Made by a program: the position numbers and the translations under genes. From the NCBI RefSeq assembly GCF_018977255.1, contig NW_024704742.1, forward strand, positions 35,218,001 to 35,282,000: DNA of 64,000 nt, read 5' to 3'. Position 1 is the first letter of the stretch. Each line of letters opens with the position of its first letter. A model generated the notes under the pieces. That model ran no database searches, was not told the origin of the DNA, and was given only the letters and a program-made list of their open reading frames with translations. Source of the stretch: Callorhinchus milii (Eukaryota). Below are positions 61,984 through 64,000 of this stretch, in pieces.

Positions 61984-62719
61984 TTAAAATTAAAGTATAT
62001 CTGCAAGTGATTGAATTACATTCACGTGTTATACAAAGCCTTACTAAGAGCAACACCATTAACATTAGATTGCAATAGGGTTTAAAACAGGTTAGATCAA
62101 GCACAAGCTCCACTTCTTGTGATTTCCATCCTTTCATCAATTTCCCTTTTGCCAACCATACTCTCCAGAACCCAAAGATTTTGGTTTGTTGGGATGCTCT
62201 TGGGAGGGAGTGGGGAAGGAGGAGGAAATAAATGATGCATCAAGAATTTTTTTCTGATCTGAAAATTGTGGACTTAGGGTTTTCAATACATACAAATGAA
62301 GACGGAAAAATATTTGATATAGGTGGCTTGATGGTTGTATACTGTATTCTATGGGCAGTAAAACAGTAAAAAGTAATAAGTAGAATTGCAATGAGCCAGT
62401 TTTTATCCCGAGAGAGTAATCCTTCCTGACAGTTTTTAAGGGTGTTAATTTGGGCAGTTTCAGTACCTGAGTCAAAGTATAAATTCCAGTTAAATCCTGC
62501 ACAGGTTGTCCTAAATACTAAATTGACCTGTGTCAATAATTTTTTAACAGGCAGGAATATTATACAGAAACATGATTTGTATTCAGCTACAACAGACTAT
62601 AGTTGGTCTCAAAGTCAAAGATAATCCTGCAACTACTCTATTTCTCATACCCGCGAATCATTATTCATCGTATAGCTACCTAAATGTGATTCCCTCTTGA
62701 ATTTGCTGACAATTTTTGC

Positions 62720-63046
62720 GTTGACTCAGTTTATAGCTCTTTCTCCTCTGGATCAGAAAATTGTGACTTCATGCTCCATGTCGGGACTTGAGCTCTTAAT
62801 CCAGGCTGATACTTCAATGCAGTACTGGGGATTGTTGCAATGTCGACGATACCTTCTTTCGCATTAGGTGTTAAACTGAAGTTCCGTCTGCATGTATACA
62901 GGTGGACATTGAAGATGCCACAACTCTATTCAAATAGAGAAGAATGTTTCTCTTGATCTCCTGGCCAATAATCCTCTAAATTACATTGATCATTCTCCTC
63001 ATGGCTGTTTATCGAATCCACGGGAATACAAGGATTATTATTATTA
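62720..63046 (+). mobile_element. Deu-domain SINE, diverged
   Basis: gggacttgagctcttaatccaggctga..ggtggacattgaagatgcc..ctcctggccaat..aaggattattatt. Confidence 0.72.
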
Positions 63047-64000
63047 AGATAAGGTTCTATAAAAAAATGCATATTATTTCTTACATAGACATCGCATGTA
63101 ACCATCAGTTTGTTATTTCTGTGAATTTTGGATTAATTCTGTCTTTTATTCCTCTTTAAATTATTTTTCTCATGTAGAGATTTTGGAAACTGTAAATAAA
63201 GTTCAGAGCTTGATGATGTTTTATAGTAAAAAACAACAGCAAGAGGATTGGTGGGACAGGGAGGTCATTTTATGTAGGTTGCAATTGACATTTAGCACTC
63301 TGTGAAGCAATCCCATACCTGCATTCATTGACATTTGTCATTAGTACAGAAGAGCTGCCTCTAACAGCGAAAATGAGAAAAGTCTCCCAATTAACTGAAG
63401 CATCAAACAGCAAAAATTGTAGCAGGAAATTTTGCAGGCAGTGAGCGAGAGCAGGTCAGACTATAGGGAGGTAACCCATGGTTATCATATTTATCATGAC
63501 TAATGAGCATATCAATAGTAGTGCAAAGGAGAATCACAGTAGAGAACTTTCCTTATTATCCTTACGAGCGACGTACAAAATGGATATTTTTGTATCCTCG
63601 TGAAACGTTAAGAAAAGAAAGATTTCACTGAGCTTCGTGTTATTCTTTGTTTGGGTTTGGACATTATTTTTGGGAGTTGTTCAGGAGGATGGATTATTTC
63701 TGAATCCTTATGAAATCTTCCTTGGGGCTTGATTGGAGTAAAATAACAGAGATTGTCTTTGACAGCAGCAAAATGAGGCTAACGAATACCCTAATGAGGA
63801 TGTGCTACAGAGCCTGATCTATCCCGCTGAATTTGCATTAAGAGTGCAGATCTGCACGTCACAGCTCACATTACATTGGCTTGCAATCATTATTTTGATA
63901 GCTTTTGTTTGCCATGCAAAGAAGAGTTGAAGCAAGAGGATATGTAAGATGAGGCACATCAGCCATGTTTGGGTATTAGCAACATTTCACTCACGTAGAA

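Noticed and set aside
5461..64000. Additional host genes (e.g. ANTXR2, NAA11, GK2 neighbours known from human 4q21)
   Set aside because: I recognised no such exons; small exons could have been missed without alignment tools.

Overview
Eukaryotic, vertebrate genomic DNA. The SINE/LINE repertoire points to a cartilaginous fish, possibly a holocephalan such as Callorhinchus (inference). The only host protein-coding sequence I can support is the first coding exon of PAQR3 (minus strand, 363-547), with the gene continuing off the left edge. Directly upstream lies a ~4 kb block of three strand-skewed GC-rich tandem repeats around a small unique CpG-rich island. The remaining ~58 kb looks like gene desert. 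It contains many tRNA-derived SINEs (an older Deu-domain type and a younger tRNA-Ala/CORE-like/Deu-3'/L2-tail chimera), two long L2 LINE relics, CR1 3' fragments, a decayed Gypsy integrase, MITE/foldback elements, a possible decayed gag-like element and several unique CNE-like stretches. I found no clearly new biological system. The most interesting signals are the SINE-L2 shared 3' hairpin with compensatory changes and its minimal stand-alone insertions, the chimeric SINE series, nested insertions with TSDs, and the G-rich satellite block upstream of the PAQR3 start codon. Repeat boundaries were read by eye and are approximate.
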